The translations under genes and the position numbers were made by a program. The notes beneath the pieces are model-generated. The model searched no databases and was not told the origin of the DNA. It saw nothing but the letters and a program-made list of their open reading frames with translations. A stretch of 62,562 nucleotides of DNA. Source: a virus. The stretch lies in UHGV virus genome UHGV-0106067. The stretch is one strand, 5' to 3'. This document shows, one piece after another, positions 28,940 to 40,013 of this stretch. Each line of letters opens with the position of its first letter. Within the stretch, counting starts at the first letter, position 1.

Positions 28940-31900
28940 TTACTCCACTCCCACTTTTTTGTTGTACTCGCGGTTAAACCGATCCACGGCAATTTTCATA
29001 TCCCGCTCAACCGATTTCACCATCGCCGACTGTTGCGCCAGACTGAGAGTACTGTCGGCGTAAATGGCATCACGCTGTTTACGCAAATCCTTCAGTCTCT
29101 TCCGGGTATCCTGCATAAGCCCGTTCATCAACAATTTTCCGTTGTTCTCGTCAATGAACGCCGTTCTTTCTGCACCGGTCAGACTCTTCAGCTCTGCGTG
29201 ATACTGCGCAACCTCTGTCATCCGGTCGTACATCTTCTGCTGGTCTGCATACGGCATCACCTCACCCGAAATTTTCCCCAGGAAGGGCACCTGCTGCTCC
29301 GGTATATCAATACCGTTCAGCGATTTCACCGCCGCATCTGTGGTTTTGGAAATGAAGCGCCCTGTCCCTCCGGAGATATAGTCAATCCAGAATTTCAGCG
29401 ATTCCGGTGTGATATCCACCGCGCCGGGACGATACTGGCTGCCACCTGAGAACGCATTCAGCCAGGATGCAAACGCCTTGTACGCCTCAGGCGTTGAACG
29501 TCTGCCCAGCTGGCTGTCCGGTTTCGGTGTGCCAAATGGCATGTTCTCCTGGTAAATCTGCGCCCCCATGAAGTTTTCATTCATGGCAAGGTTCGCAAAC
29601 GGACGCAGAATGGTCGGCGCTGCATTTTTCAGCAATGCCCCGGACAGTGTTTCCGACGTTTCACTGCCCACAGGACTGAATGCCCCCAGGATACCACCGA
29701 CAACATTACCGGCAGCACGTGAAGCAGTCAGGTCGCCCGCTGCCACACCTTCAGCAGTATGCCCGAGCAGGAAGAAAACGTTGTACCCGTAAGGCAGAGG
29801 AATACTCCAGTACTCTCCGGCCTTGCCCCCGAACACCGATTTCATAATGACGAGGTTACGCTCTTTCACATGAGACGGCACCTTGTCATACCAGTTAACC
29901 CCGTCATCATCCTCCCCCGCAACACTGCGGTTAAGCGAGCCAAGCAGATAACCCGCTCCCACAGCTGCAAGCGCGATTTTCTGCGGTACATTGAGATTCT
30001 TCCAGCGAAGGCGCTCCGGTAACGGCCCGTCGCCATTAAGATGTCCGAGCGTTCTCACCAGGTTTGCGGTCCCCTGAATGCTGGCGTTGGCAAACATATA
30101 CAGCGAGTTCATCAGCGCTCCCTGCTCACCACGACGGTTAAAGTTCACCGTCATGTTTTTGGCAAGAGATGCCGCCTGCTGGCGTGACAAACCGGCATCA
30201 CGGGCGTGTTTATAGGCAGAAAGACGCAGAGCGTTTTCAACCGCGCCGTTGGCATCCTCGACCAGGTTCAGGAACGAATGCCATGCACCGATACTCTGGC
30301 CTTTCCATCCTCCCTTCGCCAGCGATACAAGGCGATCCATTTCCTTCTGCTGGCCTTCAAGGTCACCCATGTTAAACCAGCCGGTTTTACCTCCATCCTC
30401 AACAAACTCTTTCCACACCTTCTGCCACTGCGCACCGTTGCCCGTGAGGGTTTTACCACGCAGACTGGCGTATACGGCAGACATGGCAGACCGGCTGTCT
30501 TTCACCACAGCCAGGGCGGATAAGTTATCCAGCCCTTTCAGTTTACCGTCGCTCCTTCCCTGCTCAGCCTTCAGGTTCATCACCGCCGTCTGCACGTCAC
30601 GGATGAAGTTACTGACCAGAAATTCCGGGTTATACGACGTGTTCACCGTTGCCAGGAAACGGTTAACTTTCCCCAGCGTACGGATTACGGCGTTACTGGT
30701 TTCCGGCCCCATGTTCTTCATCGCACGCATCAGGCGCGGGTCATGGAGTTTGATGTAGTAAGTTTTGCCGTCCTTTTTGGTGGTGAAGTAGCGATCCGCC
30801 ATCATTGCCATAGGCACCGGACGTTCAACAACTTCGCGACGGGTTTCGCCGGTTTCCGGATCAACACGCTCTGCAATCGCCCGCATGGTGTCCGGTTTGT
30901 CATCAGTGAATACCTGCCAGTAATCCTTATCGGGATTATCCTGCACCAGTTTCAGGAAGGCGTTACCCACTTCGTTTTTGCGATTGCGGATCAGCGATTC
31001 GCTCAAATCCTGTATCGCCTGAGTGGAAGGAGACTGTGCGCGGGATGCACGCCCCATGGCCTGCCTGCTTTCACGTCCGCCGATGGTGAAGCCCTTACCT
31101 GCACGGGGCAGTGACACCACACCGTCAACATCCTGACCTTTCAGGGGAACGTAGTAACGGTAGGCGTTCTGCCAGGCATCCACCACACCGCTCTCTTCCA
31201 GTCCGGCCTCACGGATAAGCTCACGGCGACGGGCCAGCATATCGTCAACAATCCCTGCCAGACGGTCATACTGTGCCTGTTTGCCACTGTTACGCACACG
31301 CTGCATGATTTCCGCCGCTTCCGCGTTGGTCATCCCCGAACCGCCGTCCGGCATTTTCGGGTTGATTTTCGCGATATGCGCGTTACGTTCCGGCGCGTGA
31401 CGGGCGTAGAGGTACTCATCCAGATCGGCCTGCGCAATTTTGTAGTCCGCCAGTAATTTAGCCAGTGGCTGAACGTAGCGCTCCTTCATCACGTTCAGGT
31501 CGTTTTCCGCCTTCCCGTGGAAGAGTTCTTCAGCCATATAGGCGTTATTGCTGTCATCTATTTTTCCGCCAGTTTTACGGATATTCTCCTGCACCGCCTT
31601 CAGCACCTGGAATTTATCCTGCATCTGGCGAACAAAACGGGATGCAATTGTCTCTTCCGGTGTCAGACTGCTGGTACGGGAGTAATACGGCCCCTTGCGA
31701 ATATCTTCAGGATAGAGTATTTTATCTACAGAGCCGCGATAAGAATGTTCCCCTTTGGGCAATTGAAGCCCTCTGTGCAGAAGGTTATCGCGGCTTAATT
31801 TTTTCTTCCGGTAAAGCGTTAATCCGGCTTTATCCAGACTATTTGCCTTATTCATTCCTCCTTCCGTACCGTAAACCGAAGCTACCTTGTTGATTTCCAG

Positions 31901-34900
31901 GCGCGACCGGACAGCCTTCATGTGTACCGCTGACACTACAGGATCACCATTTTTATCCATGGCATCAAGCAGCATCACAACCGCATTTCTTTCTGTCGCG
32001 GAACGGTAAATTGCATCCGGATCGTGCATCAGTTCCGGTAGTCTCTCGATAACATCCATCGGCACCACATGTTTCACTCCATTGGTGGCCTTACGCACAG
32101 TGTCGCGGGAGATAACCAGCGGCAAATCTGGTGCGCCAAGGTGACGCAATACCGGCGGCGTACGCCCGATGTTTACCGTTAAATCTGTGGTGCGCAGAGA
32201 CTTCATCATTCTGGCAAGGTCATCACGATAACGCTCGCCCTCACCTTCCGGCACTTTGAACGGATCAGTCTTACCGCTACGGGAGTACTGAGACGATGCG
32301 CCAGCGCCATCCTCACGCGGCGTGTAACCTTCCCGCACACGCTGGCCTAACGTGCGAATAGTTTCGCGAACAAGTCTGATATCGTTCAGCTCTGTCGGCT
32401 TCAGTAACCCCGTGCGACGCAGTACCCCTTTGACCAGGGCAACAACACGCTCCCACGCCGCCACAAATTTATTCGGCTGTTTCTCCGCCATATGTGCCAG
32501 AAATTCACCTGCCTGCACTTCCGGTGATTCCTTAGCATAAGACGCATCAACCTTACGCCAGGCTTCACGGATGGTGGCGTTATCACTGTCACGGGTTTTC
32601 AGCACGGTCTTAATAATCGTCTGATATTCCGCTGGCGTGACTACATGCTCCATTGCATGGTGAATAATCTCGTGACGTAACTTCTCGCGAACGGTCCGCC
32701 CATCAGGGATGTTATCCGCCACCAGGACAATTTCACGTTTATCCGGACGATAGAACGCGTGCACCTTGCCGTAACCGTCGAATGATTCACCCGCCAGTGC
32801 TTCAGCCTCTTTCTGTGACTTCACCACGCGGACCTTCAGGTCACTGTCCTTAATGCCACTAATCACGCCACGGGCAACAGCTTCAACCTGCGGGACCGGA
32901 CTGCCTTTGGCTTCCGCACTACGGTTAACATCCGAAATCAGATTGCCTTCAGGTGTGCGGGTCACGCCCTTACGGGAATAAAACGCAACTCCCTTGTCCG
33001 TCTCACGGGTTTTCAGTGTTCGGAACAAGTGATCGAATGCCTCACGAATACCGCCATCCAGTTCTGCATTCGTCGGATAAGCGTAGGTGTCCGGCTGTCC
33101 ATGGTCATCCGCCTTACGGATATTGACCAGATAATCATTCTCCACGCCAGCCATACGCGCTTTATCCTGAACATAACGCTCAAAGGCTCGCGCCGCCATT
33201 TCAACATCCGTTGACCAGTACGGTTTTGAACGAACGCCATCCAGGCGTTCAGAACGACGCAACATGTCACTGCTGTTAATGGCTTTCATCACGCCTTTAA
33301 ACGCGTCGTAAACCTCCTGACGTACCGGATATTCCGCATCAACATACCTGCCGTCTTTAAATACGCGCCCGGCACGCTGTGCTTCCGTCATATAGTCGCC
33401 ACCTGACGTGATCTTCCCGTCAGTGGAAACATCATAACGACCAAAATAATTATCCAGTGAATGGAACCATTCGTGGGCCAGCGCCCCCGGTCCGTTACCT
33501 TTTGTCAGGTTGATTGCCACCTCACCCGGCTCATAGTGTGCCGCCGCCTTACCCTTACCACGGGCACCAAAAGCAAGCCCAAGACGACCGTTCAGAGAAA
33601 GCGCTTTTGTCGGCACGTTCAGCACGTCAGCCAGGTCATGCAGCGAGTCATAAGCCCGGTTCAAATCAGCCTGACGACGCGGACTTTCCACATAATTACC
33701 AAACTGCACACCACAAAAACCAAACGCATCACTGAACTGCTCCGGCGAAACATCCCCCTTGCGGCGTTCTGGTCCGGTACGATCGCGGTTGGTGGCGTTA
33801 CGCTGCTCCTCACGCGAGACTTCACGCAGCGCCTTCACCTGATTAACCAGCTCATCACGATGTGTGCGCACATAATCATGTGCATCACGGGCAGACTCAA
33901 AACCGCCCTTCAGTTTCTGCCTGTTTTTGCCATAACCGATAAAAATGTCGCCACTGGCCTTATGCCGGTACACGTCAAAGGTTATTCTGTCATCAGCAGA
34001 GGTTGCTGGCGTTTCCCTTTCTCTGGAGCCTTGTTCATCGAAATATGCTTTCGCCTTTTTCAGTAACTCATCCCGGCTTTCCGAGAAAAAGAGGTCGCGC
34101 CCCTTGCTATCACGAAGCGAATACATCATTTGCGGCGGATCGTAACGTTTTCCCCCGACAAACGAATAAACACCGGACCTGACACGATAGCCGGATGCTT
34201 TATCAATCTGCAATGCAGAAAGCGTACGGAGCAGTTTCCAGGTATCCGACATGCTCCGTAACCCCGGCTTACTGTCCATCATATCAGCCAGTTTCGCTGC
34301 CGGAATTTTCCCCTCCAGCATACCGGCAGTAGCTTCGCGACCGCTTTTAACAATGCTGATCCATTTCTGCATGTTACGGCTTGTTCTGGTGGGAATTTCA
34401 CTGCGATACAACGCCATCATTGCCAGCGTGTCACTATCCACACCTTCTTTTTCCAGACGGGCATAATCCGGCTTTGGAAACAGTTTGCTCAGTGGTTGTG
34501 TCGCGTACTCCCCATCCTCCAGCGTTTTACCCATAGCTTCAGCAAGCTGCGCATAACGGTGTTTTGCCGCGCCCTTAATCTCCTCGCCAAAGTCTTCAAT
34601 TTTCGCACCACGCGCCTGCTGGTGAGTGCTCGGTTTATCTACCGGCACCGGCACCTCAGTATCCGGAACATCGGTTATGGTCTGGCGATTATCCCCGGTC
34701 TGTCTGCGCGCTTCTGCCTGCTGTGCCAGTTCCGGAAGGGAGTCACGAACCATACGAGGGAGTGATTCAGGCTGTGGCATATCAACCCCACGCTGACTTT
34801 CAGGTGCAGGAAGTCCTTCACGCATTGGTGCTGTGGCGTTCTGCTCATCCGGTGACGGCAGACCACGACGAACTGTTTCGCCCTCCAGTATTTCCCCCTG

Positions 34901-37291
34901 GCGACCAGCGGCATTTTCCGGTGCCTGCGCACGTCCTTTCTGGAAACTCTGGCCCTTCACCTCACCGGTTGTGGTAAAACGACCACCACGTCCGGCCTGA
35001 TTTTCATCCGGCGTACGCGCTACTTCTCCTGGTAACGGATATCCCTGTCCGGGATGAATATCGCCGGGAGCGGGAAGGCGTGGACGCTCAGTTAACTCCT
35101 GTGCTGTCGGACCGGCATCACCTTCAGCCATCTGGGAACGCACCAGTTCTTCCGCCGTCGGCGCGTTGCCACGGGCAAGACGGGCCTGCACTTCTGTATC
35201 ATCCCCCGTAAAACCACGGAATCGCGGGTCACGCATGAACGCGGGCTGTTCCATCGGATCAGCATCAGTAATACGCTCTCCGTCAGCCAGAGTGTTAATG
35301 GTCTCCGTTGCCACATCTTCAGAGAACGCAGGATTATCCATTTCAACGGCATACTGATTCTCGCCTTTCTTCACTACGGACGGTTTCAGGCCGGTGGCGC
35401 TGGCATTGCGGAAAACGTCGCTCCCCAGAGCACTTTTTTCATCCGTGAAATAACGGTTGTCCGGACGCACCTTTTCAATGCGTTCTGCTGGTCTGGACGC
35501 ACCACTCCCGTTAATTTCAATACGAACTTCATCCGGATCGCGGAACCGCACCGTCGGGTAAATACTCCCGTCGCCATCATCCGCATTTTCCGGCTGTGGC
35601 TGTGCCTCCGGTCTGGCCTCCTGCTGAGGGCGAAGCACATCACGGATAGCCTGTAACTGCTGCTCTTCAGTATCAGTACGCCCTTCCTTCAGGCTGAGTT
35701 TTCGGTATTCCTCAAGCAGTTCAGGGCGCGGCTTCGCCTTCAGCTCATCCATCACCGCCTGTCGCTTCGCCTGTTCATCCAGTTCATTTAACAGCTGGCT
35801 GGCGGCTTCCCGGCGATGAACGGCAGACGTGTCTCCCTCAGGTGCCATATCCGCATCAGCATACTGTTCCAGAAGTTGCTCGCGATTCATGCCCTGCATG
35901 GATTCGCGATGCTGTGCCACCGGATCAGCCGGTTCGGGTTGCGGGGCTGCTTCACCCTGCTGTACGACTTCAGCCTCACGCATGGCGGTTTCTTCTGCGG
36001 CCTGACGTTTTCCACGATATCCGGCAACCGCACCGAACGGTGCGCCCATCGCTGCACCAAGAGCGGCTCCTTCGATCGTTGCGTCAGCTACCCCCTCCCA
36101 TGGTGATACATCCATTCCGGCAGTCTCACGCAACGTCATATTTTCCTGGTAACGCGAATAGCCGCCCTGCGCCGCATTAATCGTCCCCTGTTCCGTGGCA
36201 TTTCTGACAATGCCGCTTTTAACGGTCTTCGCCGTGCCCCGCATCGCCAGATTAAACAACTGAGCATCGCCCAGTTTTGCCGCCATGGCATTCACAGCCA
36301 GCAATTCAGGATCGGTTGCCAGCTGCGCGCGCACCTCATCGGCAACACGCTCTTTTGCCAGATCCATTTTCTGGCGATCAGTAAGCTGTGCGTGCTGCGG
36401 ATCTGCATCAATTGACAAAAACGTCTGCTGAAATTTCGGGGACTTCGCCAGCTCAGAGTAATCCGCGTTAAGAACAGAGTCTGCTGCTGCCATTGCACTC
36501 TGCCCCTGTGCGCTGGCTGAGGAATGGGTGATCAGGCCTGCCTGGAATAAATCCGGCATTTTTTTATCGACAGCTTCTGCTGCCAGTGCGGTAGCTCTTT
36601 CCGGCTGCATCCCTGCCGCAATGTATTTTTTCTCCAGCCCGGCGGTCAGCACTTTTCGCAGAGTGACTTCACCCAGCTTTTTAGTCACACCGCCTGCAAC
36701 CATATCAGGTACAAGGGCACCAATCAGGTTTACGCCCTTCGCCACCCAGACCGCAGAATCATCATAGCCTTCAGTCATCGGTGTATTCAGCGCCCGCTGC
36801 GCCCCCGGCGACATCTTGCCAGTCAGCCATTCATCCGAGGCTTTAGCGCCGCCACTGACTGCCTTGCCTGTGACCTTCAGACCTTTACCGACAGTATCAG
36901 TAACCGCATTTTTTCCATCAGGCAGAGTGTCGATGACCTCATCCGCCCCCTTGCTGCCACCGACAAAAATATCCTGAACAGTTGCGACTCCCGGCAGCCC
37001 CATACGGCTGAACTCATTTAAAATACGCGCCCCTGTTTTTACCGGGCTCTGAATCATCGCATCACCGAGTCCACGGGCCATTTCCCCTGCCCCCCGGACA
37101 GACTGGGCGACACCTTTCCCCATCGTTGGTAATACATCACTCAGGCTGAACGATGTGCTGTGATCAACAGCGTTCTCCGGGTTGTTGAAAAAATCCTGCC
37201 AGTAATTTTCGCCCGGCTGCTTAATGTTCAGGCTGCTGCGGTTCCGGTTACCCAATTGTGCTTCAGGGCGCTGTTCATCTGAATAAGCCAT
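28940..37291 (-). CDS. giant polyvalent virion/ejection protein (2783 aa) with two HExxH zincin-like motifs
   Basis: single uninterrupted ORF; ALAHEWFHSLDNYFGRY and LRHEIIHHAMEH motifs; Pro/Glu-rich low-complexity linker; last and largest gene of the structural block. Confidence 0.65.
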   Translation of the reverse strand: MAYSDEQRPEAQLGNRNRSSLNIKQPGENYWQDFFNNPENAVDHSTSFSLSDVLPTMGKGVAQSVRGAGEMARGLGDAMIQSPVKTGARILNEFSRMGLPGVATVQDIFVGGSKGADEVIDTLPDGKNAVTDTVGKGLKVTGKAVSGGAKASDEWLTGKMSPGAQRALNTPMTEGYDDSAVWVAKGVNLIGALVPDMVAGGVTKKLGEVTLRKVLTAGLEKKYIAAGMQPERATALAAEAVDKKMPDLFQAGLITHSSASAQGQSAMAAADSVLNADYSELAKSPKFQQTFLSIDADPQHAQLTDRQKMDLAKERVADEVRAQLATDPELLAVNAMAAKLGDAQLFNLAMRGTAKTVKSGIVRNATEQGTINAAQGGYSRYQENMTLRETAGMDVSPWEGVADATIEGAALGAAMGAPFGAVAGYRGKRQAAEETAMREAEVVQQGEAAPQPEPADPVAQHRESMQGMNREQLLEQYADADMAPEGDTSAVHRREAASQLLNELDEQAKRQAVMDELKAKPRPELLEEYRKLSLKEGRTDTEEQQLQAIRDVLRPQQEARPEAQPQPENADDGDGSIYPTVRFRDPDEVRIEINGSGASRPAERIEKVRPDNRYFTDEKSALGSDVFRNASATGLKPSVVKKGENQYAVEMDNPAFSEDVATETINTLADGERITDADPMEQPAFMRDPRFRGFTGDDTEVQARLARGNAPTAEELVRSQMAEGDAGPTAQELTERPRLPAPGDIHPGQGYPLPGEVARTPDENQAGRGGRFTTTGEVKGQSFQKGRAQAPENAAGRQGEILEGETVRRGLPSPDEQNATAPMREGLPAPESQRGVDMPQPESLPRMVRDSLPELAQQAEARRQTGDNRQTITDVPDTEVPVPVDKPSTHQQARGAKIEDFGEEIKGAAKHRYAQLAEAMGKTLEDGEYATQPLSKLFPKPDYARLEKEGVDSDTLAMMALYRSEIPTRTSRNMQKWISIVKSGREATAGMLEGKIPAAKLADMMDSKPGLRSMSDTWKLLRTLSALQIDKASGYRVRSGVYSFVGGKRYDPPQMMYSLRDSKGRDLFFSESRDELLKKAKAYFDEQGSRERETPATSADDRITFDVYRHKASGDIFIGYGKNRQKLKGGFESARDAHDYVRTHRDELVNQVKALREVSREEQRNATNRDRTGPERRKGDVSPEQFSDAFGFCGVQFGNYVESPRRQADLNRAYDSLHDLADVLNVPTKALSLNGRLGLAFGARGKGKAAAHYEPGEVAINLTKGNGPGALAHEWFHSLDNYFGRYDVSTDGKITSGGDYMTEAQRAGRVFKDGRYVDAEYPVRQEVYDAFKGVMKAINSSDMLRRSERLDGVRSKPYWSTDVEMAARAFERYVQDKARMAGVENDYLVNIRKADDHGQPDTYAYPTNAELDGGIREAFDHLFRTLKTRETDKGVAFYSRKGVTRTPEGNLISDVNRSAEAKGSPVPQVEAVARGVISGIKDSDLKVRVVKSQKEAEALAGESFDGYGKVHAFYRPDKREIVLVADNIPDGRTVREKLRHEIIHHAMEHVVTPAEYQTIIKTVLKTRDSDNATIREAWRKVDASYAKESPEVQAGEFLAHMAEKQPNKFVAAWERVVALVKGVLRRTGLLKPTELNDIRLVRETIRTLGQRVREGYTPREDGAGASSQYSRSGKTDPFKVPEGEGERYRDDLARMMKSLRTTDLTVNIGRTPPVLRHLGAPDLPLVISRDTVRKATNGVKHVVPMDVIERLPELMHDPDAIYRSATERNAVVMLLDAMDKNGDPVVSAVHMKAVRSRLEINKVASVYGTEGGMNKANSLDKAGLTLYRKKKLSRDNLLHRGLQLPKGEHSYRGSVDKILYPEDIRKGPYYSRTSSLTPEETIASRFVRQMQDKFQVLKAVQENIRKTGGKIDDSNNAYMAEELFHGKAENDLNVMKERYVQPLAKLLADYKIAQADLDEYLYARHAPERNAHIAKINPKMPDGGSGMTNAEAAEIMQRVRNSGKQAQYDRLAGIVDDMLARRRELIREAGLEESGVVDAWQNAYRYYVPLKGQDVDGVVSLPRAGKGFTIGGRESRQAMGRASRAQSPSTQAIQDLSESLIRNRKNEVGNAFLKLVQDNPDKDYWQVFTDDKPDTMRAIAERVDPETGETRREVVERPVPMAMMADRYFTTKKDGKTYYIKLHDPRLMRAMKNMGPETSNAVIRTLGKVNRFLATVNTSYNPEFLVSNFIRDVQTAVMNLKAEQGRSDGKLKGLDNLSALAVVKDSRSAMSAVYASLRGKTLTGNGAQWQKVWKEFVEDGGKTGWFNMGDLEGQQKEMDRLVSLAKGGWKGQSIGAWHSFLNLVEDANGAVENALRLSAYKHARDAGLSRQQAASLAKNMTVNFNRRGEQGALMNSLYMFANASIQGTANLVRTLGHLNGDGPLPERLRWKNLNVPQKIALAAVGAGYLLGSLNRSVAGEDDDGVNWYDKVPSHVKERNLVIMKSVFGGKAGEYWSIPLPYGYNVFFLLGHTAEGVAAGDLTASRAAGNVVGGILGAFSPVGSETSETLSGALLKNAAPTILRPFANLAMNENFMGAQIYQENMPFGTPKPDSQLGRRSTPEAYKAFASWLNAFSGGSQYRPGAVDITPESLKFWIDYISGGTGRFISKTTDAAVKSLNGIDIPEQQVPFLGKISGEVMPYADQQKMYDRMTEVAQYHAELKSLTGAERTAFIDENNGKLLMNGLMQDTRKRLKDLRKQRDAIYADSTLSLAQQSAMVKSVERDMKIAVDRFNREYNKKVGVE

Positions 37292-37303
37292 ACAGACTCC
37301 AGT

Positions 37304-37331
37304 AAAAAAAAGCCCGACGCGATGGTCGGGC
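37304..37331 (-). terminator. intrinsic terminator immediately upstream of the polyvalent-protein gene
   Basis: hairpin gcccgac-catcgc-gtcgggc followed on minus strand by tttttttt. Confidence 0.55.
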
Positions 37332-37376
37332 GTAAGTGAACGAGATTAACGGGAAGTGCGTTACTGCCGCGTAACT

Positions 37377-38639
37377 TTACTTCATCCAGCCTCTGATCTC
37401 TTCGGCTGATGCAGCAGCGCTATAATTCTTCGCTTTTTCCTGTTCGGCTTTTTTATCCCGGAGGTGATTCTGGTACCAAATTTCCAGCTCCTTTTCACGC
37501 CCCGGTTCCAGCAAGGCTGGCATATTGGCGGCAGTCGCTTTGACAAACTCCAGTTTGACCGGATCGCCCTCCGCCCAGGTCTGCCCCTTCTGTAAAAGCT
37601 GTTCAAATTTCTGTTGCTGAATTTTCTGCTGATATTCCGGTAAACCATGCGCAGCTAAAAATTCATCCCTCGCAGCCTGAGCATTACCGCCGTTCTTGAT
37701 CGCTTCCGCTGCTACCTGGCTGGCTTCTTTCTGAATATCTTTCAGAGAAAGCCCCTCCTGCTTCGGCGTGAAATAACCGAAATTTTTCGAAATTTCCGCG
37801 AATTTACTGCGATCCCTGACAAGCTCAACAGCCTTATCAACAGGCACCGCCAGCACGGTTTGATCATCAGGATGTGCACTGCCGTATTCTGTTACAGGTT
37901 TATGCGCGGTGGAGCCATCGCTGTATGTGAGATCAAGGCCAATAAGTACGTACCCTTCCTGCTGCGCCGGTACGATACTGCCAATCCTGGCCTCTTTTAT
38001 CGTCTTTTTCCCGGTTGAATCGGGCATGCCAATACGCTGTTGCAGTTCCGGGGCAAACACACCAGAAAGCGCATCAAGACTTTCCGGGGTATTGAGTGAA
38101 GCGATCGCCCTGTCCGGCTTGTCATCAAAGATTTTTTGCAGGTTGTTCACGGCCTGACCCGCTTTCGCTGCATAGCCTTCACTTGACATAAGAGTTAATG
38201 GATGTCCCTTTGGTAACTGCCCGTAAATACGCATTGCAGCCTCCTGATCGCCAGCATCAATTGCTTTTCCAAGCGCTGTCATTAATGGCTGGCTGTGGGC
38301 AATCATATCGTTATACTCAAGCCGTCGCTGGTTGTATTTTTCCAGTTGCAGCCTCTGCTGAGAAATGCCAAGTGACGCATTCCGGTAATTCTGCGCTGCG
38401 GCGTGTTCCCTCTCTTTCAGCGCATATTCACGATCGGCATTTTTGACATTAAGATCATATGTACGCTGATCATTTTCCTTTCGATGCTCAAACTGCGACT
38501 GCGCAAATTCAAAATCGCGCTCGTTATTTTTCTGTTGTTGAGCAAGCTGTGCTTCACGCAGACCAAGCTCCTTACGACGGGTCATGGCCTGGTCAACGGT
38601 GCTGAATCCGGCAAGTAACCCCTGTGCAAATCCGCTCAT
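37377..38639 (-). CDS. hypothetical virion protein
   Basis: 420-aa ORF, coiled-coil-rich. Confidence 0.45.
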   Translation of the reverse strand: MSGFAQGLLAGFSTVDQAMTRRKELGLREAQLAQQQKNNERDFEFAQSQFEHRKENDQRTYDLNVKNADREYALKEREHAAAQNYRNASLGISQQRLQLEKYNQRRLEYNDMIAHSQPLMTALGKAIDAGDQEAAMRIYGQLPKGHPLTLMSSEGYAAKAGQAVNNLQKIFDDKPDRAIASLNTPESLDALSGVFAPELQQRIGMPDSTGKKTIKEARIGSIVPAQQEGYVLIGLDLTYSDGSTAHKPVTEYGSAHPDDQTVLAVPVDKAVELVRDRSKFAEISKNFGYFTPKQEGLSLKDIQKEASQVAAEAIKNGGNAQAARDEFLAAHGLPEYQQKIQQQKFEQLLQKGQTWAEGDPVKLEFVKATAANMPALLEPGREKELEIWYQNHLRDKKAEQEKAKNYSAAASAEEIRGWMK

Positions 38640-38649
38640 TCACCACTCC

Positions 38650-38901
38650 TTAAAACAACGAACCAGCAAGACCACCGATGACTGCACCAATAGCGGCACC
38701 GGGGAGACCACCAACAGCAGCGCCCATAGCTGCACCCGTACCAATTCCCGTGCCGATATTCTGTTTGTTCTGCGCTTTCTGTTGCGCCGCCATCTGTTTG
38801 TTCGCGGCCTCAATTTCTTCACGTCGTCTGTCGGCATCACTTATTCCCTGTAATGCCTCACGCCGCGACTGATTCGCAATATCCAGTAAACCGTATCCCA
38901 T
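38650..38901 (-). CDS. small glycine-zipper membrane protein
   Basis: C-terminal GTGIGTGAAMGAAVGGLPGAAIGAVIGGLAG. Confidence 0.45.
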   Translation of the reverse strand: MGYGLLDIANQSRREALQGISDADRRREEIEAANKQMAAQQKAQNKQNIGTGIGTGAAMGAAVGGLPGAAIGAVIGGLAGSLF

Positions 38902-38910
38902 ATTTCCTCC

Positions 38911-39363
38911 TTACGCTGACACCAGTTGTCCGCCAACACTCAGTTGCTGTCTTGCAGGTGCAGAAGCCCCCGTCAGTATGTTCATCTGGCGATCCTGCTC
39001 TGCTTCACGGATACCATTTTTCGCGCCAGCAATTGCCAGGGCATTACGTAACCCCAGCGTATTACTGTTGGGATTATCAGGTCGGTTAACGCCATATCGT
39101 GCCATCTGGTTATCCTGCGCCATCTGCGCTGTACGGAGACTGGAAGTGGCAAGGCCGCCCACCCGGGCAAGCTGCGCATTCATCAGGCTGTTGTTCTCGC
39201 CAAGGTCAGCCAGCCTTGCCACGCGGGGCAAATATCTGGTTCGCCAGTCGTCGTATTGTTGGCGTGTCAGCGCTGCTGACGTCTGCCAGTCACCCTGTGG
39301 GCGGGCTGCTCCTGAATAACCAGCCCTTGCGAGAGTTTCGTATTTACCGTACTCCATAATCAC
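38911..39363 (-). CDS. hypothetical virion protein
   Basis: 150-aa ORF in structural block. Confidence 0.4.
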   Translation of the reverse strand: MIMEYGKYETLARAGYSGAARPQGDWQTSAALTRQQYDDWRTRYLPRVARLADLGENNSLMNAQLARVGGLATSSLRTAQMAQDNQMARYGVNRPDNPNSNTLGLRNALAIAGAKNGIREAEQDRQMNILTGASAPARQQLSVGGQLVSA

Positions 39364-40013
39364 AGTCTCCAGTTCTGAGCCTGATGCTGAATGGCATTAG
39401 CGCCGGTGCCTGGCGTTTTAGCGCCACCACCTCCGTTACCGCCAGCCTTATGCATCGCGTACGCACCTACAGCTCCCAGACCAGCGCCAACAAGAGAAGC
39501 TCGCCCCTGCTGTTTCGTAAACGCAGCCTGTGCGTCCGATTTAGCTTTTGCCAGACTGCTGTCTGCCAGCGAGTTAAAACTCTGTAACGCATCTGCCTTC
39601 TGACCGGAACCGAGAGCAGCAACATCCTGTAGCCCGGCAACATACTTATCTGCCTGCGATACCTGCCCCCGTGTGGTTGTGTCAATCTGCCCGGTTACCT
39701 GATCACTCTGGTTCGCATTCATTACCGCGTTAAAGCGACCACTGGACGGGTCAACACCGGACTGAGCAAGATTACCCGCCAGCTCCTTCCGTGCTTCGCC
39801 AAACTGTTTCTGATACCCCAGATTTGTGGTGCCAGCAATATTGTCGTACTGCTGCTCACTGTTAAGGTCATCGACCTTTTTCATGAAGTTATCTTCTGCC
39901 GGACGGAGAATATTTTTGTAATCCTGCCACCCTTTCCAGGCCACCTCTTCCTGTGCTATTTGCGCTGCTGTTGGTTTTACTTTGGTATCACCACCACCTT
40001 TACTTCCGCCCAT
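39360..40013 (-). CDS. hypothetical virion protein
   Basis: 217-aa ORF; Gly-rich ends. Confidence 0.45.
   Translation of the reverse strand: MGGSKGGGDTKVKPTAAQIAQEEVAWKGWQDYKNILRPAEDNFMKKVDDLNSEQQYDNIAGTTNLGYQKQFGEARKELAGNLAQSGVDPSSGRFNAVMNANQSDQVTGQIDTTTRGQVSQADKYVAGLQDVAALGSGQKADALQSFNSLADSSLAKAKSDAQAAFTKQQGRASLVGAGLGAVGAYAMHKAGGNGGGGAKTPGTGANAIQHQAQNWRL

Noticed and set aside
29033-37000. Numerous plus-strand ORFs (e.g. 30249..30758, 33461..34066, 35842..36180) inside the polyvalent-protein gene
   Set aside because: All are antisense to one uninterrupted 8.3-kb ORF and have low-complexity composition; shadow ORFs.
28940-37291. Giant ORF as a tape-measure protein
   Set aside because: No tail tube, sheath or assembly-chaperone frameshift genes nearby, and the protein carries HExxH motifs and low-complexity linkers rather than a uniform helical repeat; polyvalent virion protein is the better reading, though not verified.
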